The notes below the pieces were generated by a model, which searched no databases, was not told the DNA's origin, and saw nothing but the letters and a program-made list of their open reading frames with translations. This document shows, piece by piece, positions 12,673 through 25,799 of a DNA stretch of 64,000 nucleotides (its first letter is position 1; each line of letters starts with the position of its first letter). The position numbers and the translations under genes are program-made. Source of the DNA: Podarcis vaucheri (taxonomy: Eukaryota); the NCBI GenBank assembly GCA_965113315.1, contig OZ220382.1; one strand, written 5' to 3'.

Positions 12673-12896
12673 CAGTGGTACCTTGGTTTAAGAATAATTT
12701 GGTTTACAAACTCCGTAAAACCGGAAATAGTGTCTTGGTTTGAGAACTTTGCCTTGGTCTAAGAATGGAATCCGAATGGTGGAAGGGCACAGGCGGCAGG
12801 AGGCCTCATTAGGGAAAGTGTGCCTCAGTTTAAGAATGGTTTTGGTTAAGAACAGACTTCCGGAATGGATTAAGTTCGTAAACTGAAGTACCACTG
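12673..12896. mobile_element. Tc1/mariner MITE
   Basis: Ends TA|cagtggtacc ... gtaccactg|TA. Confidence 0.85.
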
Positions 12897-14243
12897 TACT
12901 GTATTCCCAAACTGAAAAGGCAAAATTGGCAGAGTACTTTCACAGACAGTGGGACATTTTTCTTGGAGAGTTTTCTGTTAAATGTCTAGTGGCTCATCTA
13001 GTCCAACCTCCTGCAATGAAGGAATCTTTTGCCCAAAGTAGGGCTCGAACCCACAACCCTAAGTCTGAACATGACTTGAACGCCATAAGGCGAGCAAAGC
13101 AAACACATAAAAGAAAATTGTTATAAGTTTGAGTGTGCTAAATGTCTGCATTTAGTAAATGTTGGGATTTAAAACAGGATGTCAGACTTGTTTGTCTTAC
13201 GATGTGTGTTGTGCGGCAGACATCCCTAACCCTGGTGGATCAACAAGTATGCAATAAGCATAGAAAAGTGTAAAAGGTAATGGAGTCAGATTAATTTTTT
13301 GTGAGGTGATGGCTTTGGGATAATGAGTCATTAGCACATCAAAAGAGTGAGGCCTTGGCTGATGTTAGAAAAGGAGGAGAACCTGGGTGGAACAGTGTGA
13401 TGCAAGCTGACAGGAGAAAGGAAGAGGAGTGGCATAGGGTGGGTTGCCGATGCCTGGAGCAGGCAGGCCACCATCAGAGTGACTGCCCAACTAAAGCCAA
13501 GCAGGGCTGAGCTGCGCTGCGCTGCCTGCCTGTCTATGCAGGGGTTGAGCCTGGCTGGCCGATGCAGCCATTGGCAGGAGAATGCCCCTGATGGCCGCAG
13601 TGAGGAGCGCCAGGCCGGGCTGCACCGGGGATCACCCCAGCCCTCTATCTGTGCCCATTCACCGTGGGCCTGGGTTTCTCGTGCCATTGTCCAGGGACCA
13701 CAGCCTGCAAGGAGCAAGCTTCGCTGGGGTGGGGCAGGGATCCCTGCAGAAGCTATGAAAAAGGCAACTTCCACGATAGCAATCATTAGGAAAAGAACTG
13801 AAAATAAAACTGCCACTATCAAAATGGCATAAAATTATACAAACCTAGATTTGTATATTGCCATAGTTCAAGAAGTGAAAATCTGGGCATGAAAGTTGTT
13901 GAGCTAAAAAGAAGAAGTTGTTGTTGTTTTTTTAGCTATTTCCCCAGAAATTTGCCAAAAAGGCAACATTTCCAATATGGGCTGCTATACACCCGGGTTT
14001 TACCAGACATCTTAAACGGTTGCCAAAAATTCCACCTGGGCACCCAGATGTATGGCAGCCCTGAGAAATCTACATGGTGCAACTGCATTTGCAGTACTGT
14101 GGGCAGTTCTGGTCACCTTACCTCAAAAAAAGGAAATTGTAGAGTTGGAAAGGTTTCAGAAAATGATAACCATCATGGTCAAGGCAATGGAAGAACTCCC
14201 ATATGGGGAAAGCTTGCAGCTTTGGAGACTTGTTGGTTTAGAG

Positions 14244-14436
14244 CAGAGCTTTCCAAACTGCGACACATTAGTGTATCGGCTGCCGTGTAAATATGTCATG
14301 TGGTCGCTCTTATAAGGGGTTAGTTTAACCTCCGGTTTGCTAGTAAAACTGAATTACTGTGTCATGAATTACTGTGTCATGAAATGATGCATGTCTGAAA
14401 AGTGTGTCACCAACATAAAAAGTCTGGAAAGCTCTC
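14244..14436. mobile_element. hAT (Charlie-like) MITE nested in CR1
   Basis: 8-bp TSD gtttagag; TIRs cagagctttccaaact / agtctggaaagctctc. Confidence 0.85.
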
Positions 14437-14953
14437 GTTTAGAGAAAAGGAGAGCTAGAAGTGACCTGATAGAAGTGTATAATTTGGCACATGTATGGTG
14501 TAGGTAGAGAACAGTTTTTCTCCCTCTCTCATGACACCAGAATTTAGGGACATTTGATGACGCTGGATGCTAGAGGATTCAGGACGGATTAAAAAAAGGA
14601 CTTCTTCACACAGCACATTGTTTAGCTATGGGATTCACTCCCACAAGAGGCAGTGACGACCATCCACTTGGATGGCTTTAAAAGAGGATGAGGCAAATTC
14701 ATGGAGGAGAAGGCCATCAATGGCTACTAACCCCGAGGATATGTTCTGCACCACAGCTGCAGGCAGGCCTGTACAGAGGTGGGGCAGCAGGGTACACTTA
14801 CCCTGAGCCTCAGAGGGCAAAGCTGGCCAAGGACTCCTGGCAGGGATTGGCTGCTTTCTGTTTGAGTTTATAGTTTTATTCTAACAAGACTCCTGCCTTG
14901 GGCCTCAGACAAGCTCTGCATGAGCCTGATGGGAGGTTGTAATGTTCTGAATA

Positions 14954-15178
14954 CAGTCATACCTCGGGTTACAGACGCTCCAGGTTGTGTGTTTTTTGGA
15001 GTTGCAGACTGCTGAAACCCAGAAGTACTGGAACGGATTACTTCAGGGTTTTGGTGGTCACGCATGCACAGAAGCGCTAAATCGTGCTTTGCGCATGCGC
15101 AGAAGCACCAAATTGCAACCCGTGCTTATGCAGACATGCATCCCACACGGATCATGTTCGCAACCTGAGTGTCCACTG
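14954..15178. mobile_element. Tc1/mariner MITE (variant)
   Basis: Ends TA|cagtcatacctcgggttac ... gtccactg|TA. Confidence 0.75.
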
Positions 15179-15557
15179 TACTAGTTGTTCAAAACTGGAA
15201 GTGAGGAGAGTGCTGGTGCACTTACATCCTGCTTGTGAGCTTCTAAGAGGCTATCTGGTTGGACACTGTAAGAACAGGACGCAGGGCTAGGTGGGCCACC
15301 GGCCTGATCCAGCAGGCTCTTTTTATGTTCTTATGTCTTTACTTTTACCATTGCTAGCACCACTGCAAAATATTTTAGTACAGAGATGGGGAATCTGTTT
15401 TGTCTCTCAGGTGTTATTGAGCTGCAGCTCCCATCAGCACCAGTGAGTACAGTATGGTTAAATGATCAAGGATGGTTATCTAATGGTAGGACCAGTCCTG
15501 ACAATGAATGAGAGAACCTGAGCTCACTGGGTGTTCCACCTACGCTTTAGACTACAG

Positions 15558-15688
15558 CAGGGGTGGGGAACCTGTAGCTCTCCAGATGTTGCTGGACTAC
15601 AACTCCCATCACTCGTGACCATTGGTCATGTTGGCTCAGGGAGCTGGAGCCAAACAACAACTGGAGGGCCACTGTTTCACCATCCCTG
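15558..15688. mobile_element. hAT/URR1-like MITE
   Basis: Ends caggggtggggaac ... caccatccctg; ggactacaactcccatca core. Confidence 0.7.
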
Positions 15689-15722
15689 CAGTAGGGCATC
15701 CATTTGGAAGGAAAACAATCTA

Positions 15723-15937
15723 CAGTGGTATCTTGGGTTACAGATGCTTCAGGTTACAGACTCTGCTAACCCAGAAATAGTACCTCGGGTTAAGAACTTT
15801 GCTTCAGGATGAGAACAGAAACCGCATGGCAGCGGTGGGAGACCCCATTAGCTGAAGTGGTACTTCAGGTTAAGAACAGTTTCAGGTTATGAATGAACCT
15901 CCAGAACGAATTAAGTTCTTAACCCGAGGTACCACTG
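15723..15937. mobile_element. Tc1/mariner MITE
   Basis: TA TSD and cagtggta TIRs; same family as 27398, 31983, 35694, 43609 and 51072. Confidence 0.9.
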
Positions 15938-17489
15938 TATTCAAGACTGGCTATATATACAACCACATCTACCTAATTCAGAAGAGATCGTCTACTGAAA
16001 AAAAAAAGACTCTGCTTTTTGTCCTCTGAAATCTATCCACTCTGAAAACCTGCCACATTTTTATGAGTCTCTAGCTTCAGGTAAATTATTAGGATATACT
16101 GTTAACTGTTTTGTTGCCTGGATGTTTCTTATTTTATGACCTCATGATGACTCCTTTGGTTTCTCCATCTATATAATGTCTTTCTATTCCACTTGTTTTT
16201 GCATATTTTCTATCCTCACCCCCCCCCCTGCAAACAGTCACCTCTCCTGATTAGCTAGCAACTTTGCTTGTGCATCGGAAGATGTATGTAAAGCATGAAG
16301 TCAGCATGAATATCAAGTCACATCTCTTTAAAGCAATGAACAAAAGGCCAGCTCTGCACGGGGGATAAACGAACTTAATTTATACCCAATTTGTCCAGTC
16401 ACATGTGAGTCACAAGTGGCAAATGCAGCAGTTTATCTTGCTGCACTGCAGGTTAGCAGCTCCACAGATCACCTTAGATTCACCCCAAGACCCATTTTGT
16501 GCTGCAAAATAACAAGGTGTCTGGAACTGACACTTGGCTATATAAAAAATGAAATAAAAAGGGGAAATTGCCTAAGGATTGGAAATAGATGTCTCTGAAG
16601 TAAAGAGGCAAAGTCTTGTTAAGGCTGTAATTCTGGGGAGAAATGAGACTTCAGATAGAGTACTGTATTGCATTCAATACAATTCAAAGGCTACATCCAA
16701 GTGACATTTTCGTTAAAAAGAGAGAGACCTATTTAGTGCCAAGATTGAAAGGAAAAGGGCACACACAAACACACCAACTTTTATGAAGGGCAGAGAGAAC
16801 TCTTAAATTACATTTCTGGGTGTACAGTATTCTGTATTGTTTCCCCATAATCACTTCCTGCACAGCACAAATGTATTTTGTGGGATAACCATCATCATAT
16901 AACCAACATGCTTAAGTCTAACTAATGCATGAAGGGGTTAAGACCATAGAGTAAGCTGTCATGCCAGGCTTAGCTCACCTTAAGTGGGACTAGTTAATCA
17001 AGTCTCTCCTCCCTCCACCTACAGTCTACCTGAAAAGCTCAGCATGTGAGGAGGTCTGAATTGATTGCTCCAGCTCAGCTGCATGGCTCTCACAAGCCTC
17101 TCTTCAGTTCCTAGACTTTCACCACTTTGAAACTAAGCCAAGTTTTACTGTCTGTTCAACTTTCCTGACTGGTGTTTGGGAAAGCACATATGCCTGACCT
17201 TTGAAGAGTTTGTATGTAAACCAATTTTTAACTTACCAAACATGTGGTCTTTTTTATGCTGGGGGAAGAGGGAAAGACATATTTTAAACCTATATTTTCA
17301 TGCTTTACTTTGCTGCATATTCTGTGTTTTAAAATCTCTGCTGGGGTTCTCTCACCATAGAGTACTTGCCCCCAACTTGGATCTTGGCATCCAGAATTCT
17401 CCTTTCTGTATATACCTATTTTTCCATGAACCAACATGTATTTCCAACAGGACCTACAGAATAGTCTGCACAGTGGTTCAGTATGCATC

Positions 17490-17575
17490 CTTGTCTCCGA
17501 TTTTAAGGACTGAAGCAATAAGACTTTACCCACCACTCCCAGCTTATTGCTTCAGTCCTTAAAATCAGAGACAAG
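17490..17575. repeat. Inverted repeat with 33-bp arms (1 mismatch) and a 20-nt spacer
   Basis: cttgtctccgattttaaggactgaagcaataag ... cttattgcttcagtccttaaaatcagagacaag. Confidence 0.95.
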
Positions 17576-17673
17576 TGGTGAGTAAAGCATCCAAAAGGCC
17601 CATCCAAGCATGAGATCAATAAGCAAACTATCCTACCCTTTTCTCTTTGGTCCCATTGCTTTCTATCTCTCTG

Positions 17674-17680
17674 GATAGAT

Positions 17681-17723
<43 letters not shown>

Positions 17724-17736
17724 GATAGATAGATAG
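17674..17736. repeat. (GATA)n microsatellite
   Basis: Visible directly. Confidence 0.95.
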
Positions 17737-18369
17737 AGTGAACTGCCCTGGGATCTTCATTCACCCTTTATTTTATTTTATTCAATTAACTAATGGTAAT
17801 TGTGCAGGTTTCCTTCATGTGGCAAGAACTTGGCTATAATTATTCTGAACGTTTATTATTTATTATTTATACTCAGTGGTTATATATTTTTGTGTATGAT
17901 TTTATTTATATTTTCTGGAAAGTTGATCCATTCTCTATGCATTTGGACACCTCACAATAAACTGTGTCATATTTGGCAGGGTGGTTCCTGAAAATGAGGG
18001 GCAGGCTTTACTGCTTAAGTTTGATTTACATTAGATACCATTTTGAATCAAGATGGTGGACCAAACCTGTCAAAAGTACACTGATTTGGTCACCTCTTAA
18101 GATATTGCCAAATTTTTCCAGAGATCAAGGAGCCAGTTTTGGCTTATGTTTCAGCTCCCTGTTGTTGTTTTTTACCCTGAACTGTTTCTGGACATTGTCT
18201 TTCAGGTTGGCCTTGTGTTTTTCCTTTAAAGCGTGACCTTGCTTTTTGGATTGCACCTGTGAGTTATGGCTACTAGATTTCATCTGAAGCAGGACAGGAA
18301 TCAAATTATTCATGATGGTTGCTGAGTTTGAGGAGGAAACTTTTGCCTGTGTTTGGCTATAATTGGATG

Positions 18370-18507
18370 CAGTGCTATTTTTTATAGAAAAAGAGGTGCC
18401 AGAACTCACCATGAACGTCTCCCTTGTCCTCTTATAATGGCAATGGTGCGCACCTGAGATGTGATGGAACTGAGTTCTAGTGAGTTCTGGCTGAAAAAGA
18501 AGCCCTG
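18370..18507. mobile_element. hAT MITE
   Basis: Ends cagtgctatttttt ... aaaagaagccctg; degenerate 8-bp TSD attggatg/attcgagg; an inverted relative lies at about 19796-19930. Confidence 0.7.
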
Positions 18508-19311
18508 ATTCGAGGTCTTTTGGCAGTCAGAACCTTAAAAAAGCTACGCTGATGTAGACACCTCTTAACATAGTGTGGCTACTCTCACTGGAGGAATCAT
18601 TTTTCTTATGGAGGAGTAGGCTGTGTCAATGGGCACTGAGACAGAACAGCAGAAGGAAGCAGATAAATAAGGTCATGACTGTTGACACCCTTTCTTTCGT
18701 TATAAAGATCACTTTGTACACTACACCCATCCACTACTGCACATTGCAGAAAGCTTTTTACTACCTGATGGAATTAATTCTTTCGGCAATGGCATGTTCT
18801 CAATAGATTAAAACAGCATGAGGGCGATAGACTATATAGAAACAAAAACAGGATTGTCATACAGCTTGTATTAAACAATACAACATGTGCCTCAGCAGTT
18901 GCACTGTGCCAAGTGGCAGGATGTACATGCCACACATCTGAACGATACCAGTATAGCATGCAGAGAGCTGGAATTTTCATTCTGATTGGAACGTTTTCTA
19001 TTTGCAGAGGCAGTTGGGCTTTATTTCTTTCTTTCTAATGTGGGGAAAAAAACAGATCTACATCCCTCAGCATTTTGTCATTTCCTTTCCACTGCATCCT
19101 GCTTTTCATGTAAGATACACAGCCTCCACCCACCCCTACCCCTCTGTAATTCCACTGCAGAATGTTGGCAAACCAGTCCGTCAACTGCTAGTTCTACAAG
19201 GCCCAGCTCAACCAGAACAGCTGCTTTTTGCTGGTGCTTTGAAACATCATGTTAAAATATTTAAAAAGCAGCCTGTGAAGTAGACATTATGTTATCCATT
19301 AATATGGAACA

Positions 19312-19312
<1 letters not shown>

Positions 19313-19347
<35 letters not shown>
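19313..19347. repeat. (CA)n microsatellite
   Basis: Visible directly. Confidence 0.95.
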
Positions 19348-19349
<2 letters not shown>

Positions 19350-19795
19350 CTTGGCCATGCTATAGATATTTTTACCCTAGAACACTCGCACATGAATTTA
19401 AGATCATCCTACCCAAATGCCACTGTCATCACTTTCAACTGATATTTGGGCCCTTTTCAGTCATGTGAAGGCTAAAAGTGTAGAGGGCTGGGAGTGCACA
19501 TACAAGTCTCACCTCTTATGGATGCTTTAGCTGAGATTCCTGCGTTGCAGGGGGTTGGACTAGATGATCCTTGGGTCCCTACCAATTCTAAGATTCCTAT
19601 TATTAAAATTATTATTAAGATTCTAATGTCCTCACATGTGTGAGCTCCTCTCAGAGACCTTCATGCGTTGAATGCAAAAGTCTGAATGGATTTGACTGAA
19701 TGTGCTTTGAAGCTTCTGTGCGATCAGGAAGCTCGGTAAGGATCATGTGCAGGCTTGTAAGCATATTCAGCTGAACATGTAAACCGCATAATAGG

Positions 19796-19930
19796 CAGGA
19801 CTTATTTTCCAGCCGGAACTCACAGGAACTCAGTTCTAAGCACCTCTCAGGTGGGCGCCATGGGCATTCTAAGAGAACAAGGGAGGTGTCAGCTGTGAGT
19901 TCCGGCACCTCTTTTTTTCTAGCCAAAGTC
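19796..19930. mobile_element. hAT MITE, inverted relative of 18370-18507
   Basis: Shares gaactca/gagttc repeats and the ggcacctcttttt end. Confidence 0.6.
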
Positions 19931-20984
19931 ACATCATGTGCTGCTGCACTAAAGGGCACATAAGCAAGTTGCTGGTGACTTTGTTGCACAACAGATTGCA
20001 CAGTTGGTTTTCCAAGGAGTTTCTGCAAATGCAACAGTTGCATTGGATTTCACCTGTCTATTTGTGCAAGAGCCCTTGTGGCAGCAGACGGAGAACACTG
20101 GATGCAGACCATTGTGAACTCATTTGGAATAGATTTTTATTTTTTTATTTTTTACCCAAGAAGCTTTCGGAAAGACCAGATTTCACACTGTGTTGAGGAC
20201 TGTGTCATTTTTTTCTGCCTCTGGCACTCAGATGATTCAAGCCACCCCTCCTTTATGCACTTAGCAAACCGCCGAAACCTTAATTAAGCTCTGTTACATC
20301 AAAAGGAACCTAGAAACTTACTACCTTTTAATTTGTTATCTAAAACTCCTGTTTGCTTGACAGACCAAAGTGTGGGGGAATTTTAATGAACGATACATCA
20401 TGGAAGGGATACAATATGTTACAAGGGACAGATGTTAATAGCTAGTTTTTATCTTCCCTGCCTTACTCATTATTCCACACTCCTTGGAAACTTTATTAAC
20501 TGGCTTGGGAAACTTGATTAACTGCTGCCCTTGCTGGTTTATTGATGTAAAGGAGCTCTCCCTACATTCCCTCATATCTTATCACCAGCGCGGTCTTGTT
20601 TAGACAGTGCATGCTAGTTCAAGTATGAAGACATTTCCCTTCCTCCCCAATTAGCCAAAGGCTGGAAGGAGAAGGGGGAGTGTTGCTGCACACACTCCAA
20701 TTGCCTTATTCTGCTCTTAGTCCGGCTGACACAGAAGGCAATACTGTATATACTTTTCATTTAAAAATGTGTTCCCAAAAGTTCTGGTAGCCAAATTGAG
20801 GCCAACATGACCTTGGGGTTCAACTTCTCCACTTGTGGAGACAAGGCTGTGGTTTCTTTCACGCAGGGTGGAGGGTGATCTTCCTGGAGAATGAGCTGAA
20901 GAGGGAAGGATGAACCCAGGAAGATTACTTAGGAAGATTGGTAGTTCCATTTGTGTTTTGCAAGCTGGTCTCCGACTGTAATAA

Positions 20985-21028
<44 letters not shown>
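20985..21028. repeat. (ATT)n microsatellite
   Basis: Visible directly. Confidence 0.95.
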
Positions 21029-21030
<2 letters not shown>

Positions 21031-21083
21031 CTTAGGAAGATTACCTACCCTCCAGAAATTTTTGCTTGAATAGAAGCTGAAAG

Positions 21084-21085
<2 letters not shown>

Positions 21086-21123
<38 letters not shown>
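21086..21123. repeat. (GT)n microsatellite
   Basis: Visible directly. Confidence 0.95.
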
Positions 21124-21126
<3 letters not shown>

Positions 21127-21228
21127 GTGAGTGTCTTCTGGGTGTCATACCAACTTTTGACTTGGCATAGCCGTGGTGGGCATTGTCTATTGTCTTAGTG
21201 ATCATGCCCACCATAGCATGCAGCCTCC

Positions 21229-21396
21229 CAGTGGCGTAGCGTGGGGGGTGCAGGGGGGGCGGCCGCACCGGGCGCAACATCTGGGGGTTAGGGTTAGGGG
21301 GCGCAAATCCACGGGTTAGGGGGCGCAAATCCATGGGCTAGGGGGCGCAAATTACTTGCCTTGCCCCAGGTGCTGACAACCCACGCTACGCCACTG
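21229..21396. mobile_element. Young hAT MITE with internal 22-bp TTAGGG-containing repeats
   Basis: Perfect TIR cagtggcgtagcgtgg, perfect 8-bp TSD cagcctcc, CpGs intact. Confidence 0.92.
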
Positions 21397-22612
21397 CAGC
21401 CTCCCAAAGGTTGGCTAAGAAGAAATGTGGCTCTTGGGCAGGGGTGCTAACTCCTAGGGGCTGTGGTGACTTTAGTATTTGTATTTGATGGGGCTGTGTC
21501 CTGCCCACTCCCCCCCCCCAAAGTTGATGTGCAGCCTCTTGCTGCAACCTCCATGAGGCATGTCAGGCCACTGGTGTGAGACCTGAAGTGTGCTTCTGGA
21601 AGGACATTGGATCCTCCTTCTCCTTCTCCTGCTACGGAGGGGAAGCAGCCCCTAGCCTGTGACTGTGGCGGTGGCAGGAGGAGGAGCCACCAGCCATGGA
21701 AGTGGCATTGTTGCATCTGGGCATTGCGTCTAATGTTTGGGTATCACACACAATGTTGTGACGTCATGCGTAATGCCCAGGTGCAACTTTGTGACAACTT
21801 GTACGATGCCAGCCCCCCCCCAATTGGTGCACCATCACTTAGGTCAAAAATGTTCCCCACTTAGTTCCTGTGTTGTTTAGGATGGGGCACTTGTGTGTGT
21901 GTGTGTGGGGGGGTGTTGTAGGGATCAAATGAGGACGGGGAGAACCATGCATGCCACCTTGAGTAAGGTGGGCTATAAAAGCTAAAATTAAATACCGCAC
22001 AGTACATACATCAGTTAAAAACTGGTATTGACAGTTGGGGAATGCCTGGCCTGAAAGGTACAGTTTAAATAAGTTACAGAAATTCACCACTTTGGGTTCT
22101 TCTGTATTGCAATGGGAATTCATTCCATAAAGTAGACTAGCAAGGCTACCCATTTGGAATCTGATTTTCCCATCTCATCTACTGCCCCCAAGAATTTTTT
22201 TTTAAAAAACTTCTAAGGAAAATATTTAGCCTTCCCTGTGATAAACAGTTATAGGGCTGGCATTTGATTTAGAGTTTGCTGATAACTAGTGGAGAAACAG
22301 CATAAAATAGATTCCTGTGGGAGCCCATTTGACATTTGCATGAATAACAGATGAGTCCATTATGATCCTTGCTTATGAAAAGAATGGTGAGTGAATTCAT
22401 AATGATTAGACATTTAAAATAACATATTATCTAAAAATATGTGTGGTCTGGCATTAAATAACCAGCTGCAGGACTCCGAAGAGAATGAAACGAAATGGCA
22501 GGGAGACCAAATAATGCACTTCGTATCAGATCATTTATCACAGCTCCTTTAACTTCTTACTAAACACGCTGGCAAAATTTGTGCAAGCAAGTCTCTGGAA
22601 TGTACATATATT

Positions 22613-22747
22613 CAGTGCTTTTTAGAAAAGGGGTACTTAAGGGTACGCAGTACCAACACCTCTTTTTTGGGATTAAAAAGTGTGGCACATATTGTAACAA
22701 CTTCATGGTGAGTACTGGCACCTATTTTTCTAGGGAAAATAGCACTG
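22613..22747. mobile_element. hAT MITE
   Basis: 8-bp TSD catatatt; ends cagtgct ... agcactg. Confidence 0.85.
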
Positions 22748-24244
22748 CATATATTTATTTTTACTTTAATAGAGGAGTACCCTGGAGGAAAGAAATAAGG
22801 CTTATATGGAACATAAAGGCACTAATGTTCAGGGAGTCAATGGCCTGGCTTGCACATCATAGTAAGCCAAATTATGGCTTACTGAGACTGCTAAAATGTT
22901 CTGGCTTCTGGAGAGGAGCCCCCCTCCTTTTAGCACAACATGACATTGTACCTAAGCCAAGGTTTGGCTTAGCATATAGGCTGGTTCTACATTGATCTTC
23001 TAAAGGTTATAAAATATAACGTTGTAAAACGCTTAATGGCAGTTACCCTTTGCCAGTGGCATGCTGCTCTTCCTGGTGTCACGTTTTCATTAACGTTCTA
23101 AACGAAGCTTATAGTATGAACCAAGGTTTGCAGTTCAGGTGTCTGTTCAGGTGTGCCAGTTTACAAATTATTATTATTCGTGAGGGTAGAAACTAGCCTA
23201 CTGGCAAATGCAAATGCAAAATTTACATTAATTGCTCTGCCCAGTTTTGTCTCTGGCCCTGTCTACAACCAGTATGTGGACCCTGGAAGGTTGCTCAGAT
23301 AAGAATGTGGCCTCCAGGCCGAAAAGGGTTCAGCACTTGCCATTCCTAGAGACTGGCATCCAGAGGCATATAACCACTGACAGCAGAGTAGGAAGATGAG
23401 AGCCATCACTGCCACTGATAGCATAATCCTCCCTGCATTTACCAGATTCCATAAGAGATGGTTATTAAGTGTGGTAATGACATTTGCTCTGGATTGTAGC
23501 AGCAAGAACATTGTCTTAAATTTACCACTCCCTAAAGCTTTTGCTATGTATAGTATTACATAAATGCATGCCTATTGCAAATTACTTTCTGCAGTCCCAT
23601 GTTGAGCCAAGCAAGGTCCGTGATGCACTTCCTGAAGGTACCAAAGGGGAGTCCTTGGAATATTTCCATTAGTAAATAGCTTTTCCTCCTGTGAGGAAAT
23701 GGATGAAATAGCCAGAGGTACTGGGATTCCTGTGGATTTCATGTCAGTCATAGGGTATGGAAATAGCAGTTAATGATGACACCATTTGATTCCATGCAGA
23801 TTCCCTACGTGAGACAGTCCTGGCCCTATGGAAAGTATGTTTTTAATTGCTTCAGGGAGTGACATATGACCACTTCTATTTAAAAACTCTGCCTCTGCAA
23901 CTTTTCTGCAGAGGAAACATCAACGGTCTGCAGTGAAAGCTTTGACCAAAAATAATACAATAAAATACAATGAACACAAATTATAAATGTCATTTGTAAA
24001 AGGCCAAACGTATAAAATGCCCAGTGGAAGATAACAGGATAAGATGGAGTCTTGCTGAGAAGTATTTAAGGGAAAGTATTTGGGTAATGATTGTCAAAAG
24101 ACTAATGGGTTGCTGTTGGAGAAACGGGTAAAGGCAGTTTGGAGGTAGCATTAACAGATTGTGTCAAATGCCAGGCATTGGAGATAAGCACACAAGTCTC
24201 TTCATGTATGAGGTCCAGTGCCCTCATCACTTTTTCAATACAGA

Positions 24245-24540
24245 GGAAGGAATGGGCAGATCTGCCAATCTCTCTTTCCATCAGTTTCACATTTTTCAAA
24301 TATTAAGTTCAGCTCTCCACATTTCCACATCAGCTTGTGATAATGCAAAGTTCACCTAAACAAACACATTTGCATGGAATCTGGCCTAATATGCACATTT
24401 TTACTAAACAATTTCCCCCAATAGAGCACATTTTCATACATTGTTTTCACTAATATACACATTTATATGCACACTTTAGTATGCATGTTTGTACACATTA
24501 CTTGGCTGCATTGCATACTTCAGAGAAGTGTGAATTGCTC
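24245..24540. mobile_element. Old interspersed squamate repeat (probable DNA transposon relic)
   Basis: Related copies at about 34545-34950, 36040-36200, 46310-46930 and 50830-51475 share ctccacatttccacatcag-like blocks. Confidence 0.55.
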
Positions 24541-24736
24541 AACCTGTTGGTGAGGGCTACGGGTACTAGGGACATAGCCTTTTCATTGGGGGCCTCACAA
24601 TTATGGAATTCACTTTCCCATGCATTCTACCAAGCTCCCTCTCTGCCAGTCATTAGACACACTTTAAAAACAACAACCACAAAGCCCTTGAAGATTTATT
24701 GGTGTTAGGGTGGCTTATATCAGTGCATGGTTTAAT

Positions 24737-24862
24737 GTGTTCTCGAAGCTACCAGCATGAGTCTGACCAAACTGCGGGAGGCAGTGGAAGACAGGAGTGC
24801 CTGGCGTGCTCTGGTCCATGGGGTCACGAAGAGTCGGACGCGACTAAACAACAACAACAACA
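24737..24862 (+). mobile_element. RTE-BovB LINE extreme 3' end with (CAA)n tail
   Basis: Near-identical to about 28155-28281. Confidence 0.9.
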
Positions 24863-25543
24863 AGAGGCTTGGTGATGAAATCTTTGCTTTTGGGAGCCTG
24901 TGGAAAGCCTGAAAATAGAGTGTTCCAAGGTGTGCTGGGCAGCCACCTGAGGAGCTGCTATATCCCAAGCTGGCCTCACCACTGTTGCGCAATGGCACCA
25001 GGTCCATCCCAAGACTGATCTCAGTGCCAGTCTAATCCTCCTGCCCGCAACTTCCTCTGCCACTGTCGCAAGCAGTAGGGCTGTGAATGTGGTTGTGGCC
25101 CCAATGCTCTGCAAAACCCCACAGCGGGGTTGGTGAGAAATGCCAGGTTTGTGCCCTAAAGGGATAAGCCAAAGACTTCTTAGGAAAGAAGGCTCTGAGA
25201 AGGGGTTTAAAAGAAGACAGAGAAAAGGCACCGTATAAGTGCTCAGGGAAGGAGTCATACAGGACTACAAAGTAGAACTAGGTGAAGTAGCCAGGCCAGG
25301 TTAATTATAAATGAGGTGTGACAATTTCTTTATGTTTGAGAGTGCAAGATGATATGTACCTAACCTGGGAGTGAGTCCAATTGAGATCAGTGGGATTTAC
25401 TTCTGAGTAAACAAGCGTAGGAGATTCACTCCCTTTATCTGGTGATTATCTTTGCCTCTCTCTCACACCCACACTCTCACCCTCTCACAATATGTTCTAC
25501 TCGTGCCTTCAAACAATATTTGCTGAATTCTGATGCACTAGGG

Positions 25544-25799
25544 CAGGGGTCAGCAAACATTTTTAGCAGGGGGCCAGTGCACTGTCCCTCAGACCTTGTG
25601 GGGGACCAGACTATATATCTTTTTTTTGGGGGGGGGGTGAACGAATTCCTGTGCCCACGAATAACCCAGAGATGCATTTTAAATAAAAGGACACATCCTA
25701 CTCATGTAAAAACACACTGATTCCTGGACCATCTGTGGGTTGGATTTAGAAGACAATTGGGCCGGATCTGACCCCCGGGCCTTAGTTTGCCTACCCATG
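25544..25799. mobile_element. hAT MITE
   Basis: TSD cactaggg/ctctaggg; same family as 26652-27039. Confidence 0.85.

Larger units (their letters stand above)
14075..15335 (+). mobile_element. CR1 LINE 3' portion interrupted by younger insertions
   Basis: Degenerate CR1 ORF2 C-terminus (ELERFQK...MVKAMEELPYGESL...LGL), CR1 3' UTR and a ttcttatg-type tail; interrupted at 14244-14436 and 14954-15178. Confidence 0.7.

Noticed and set aside
13331-13832. GC-rich ORFs of 163 and 117 aa
   Set aside because: No recognisable homology; probably the interior of a decayed DNA transposon (about 13435-14063).
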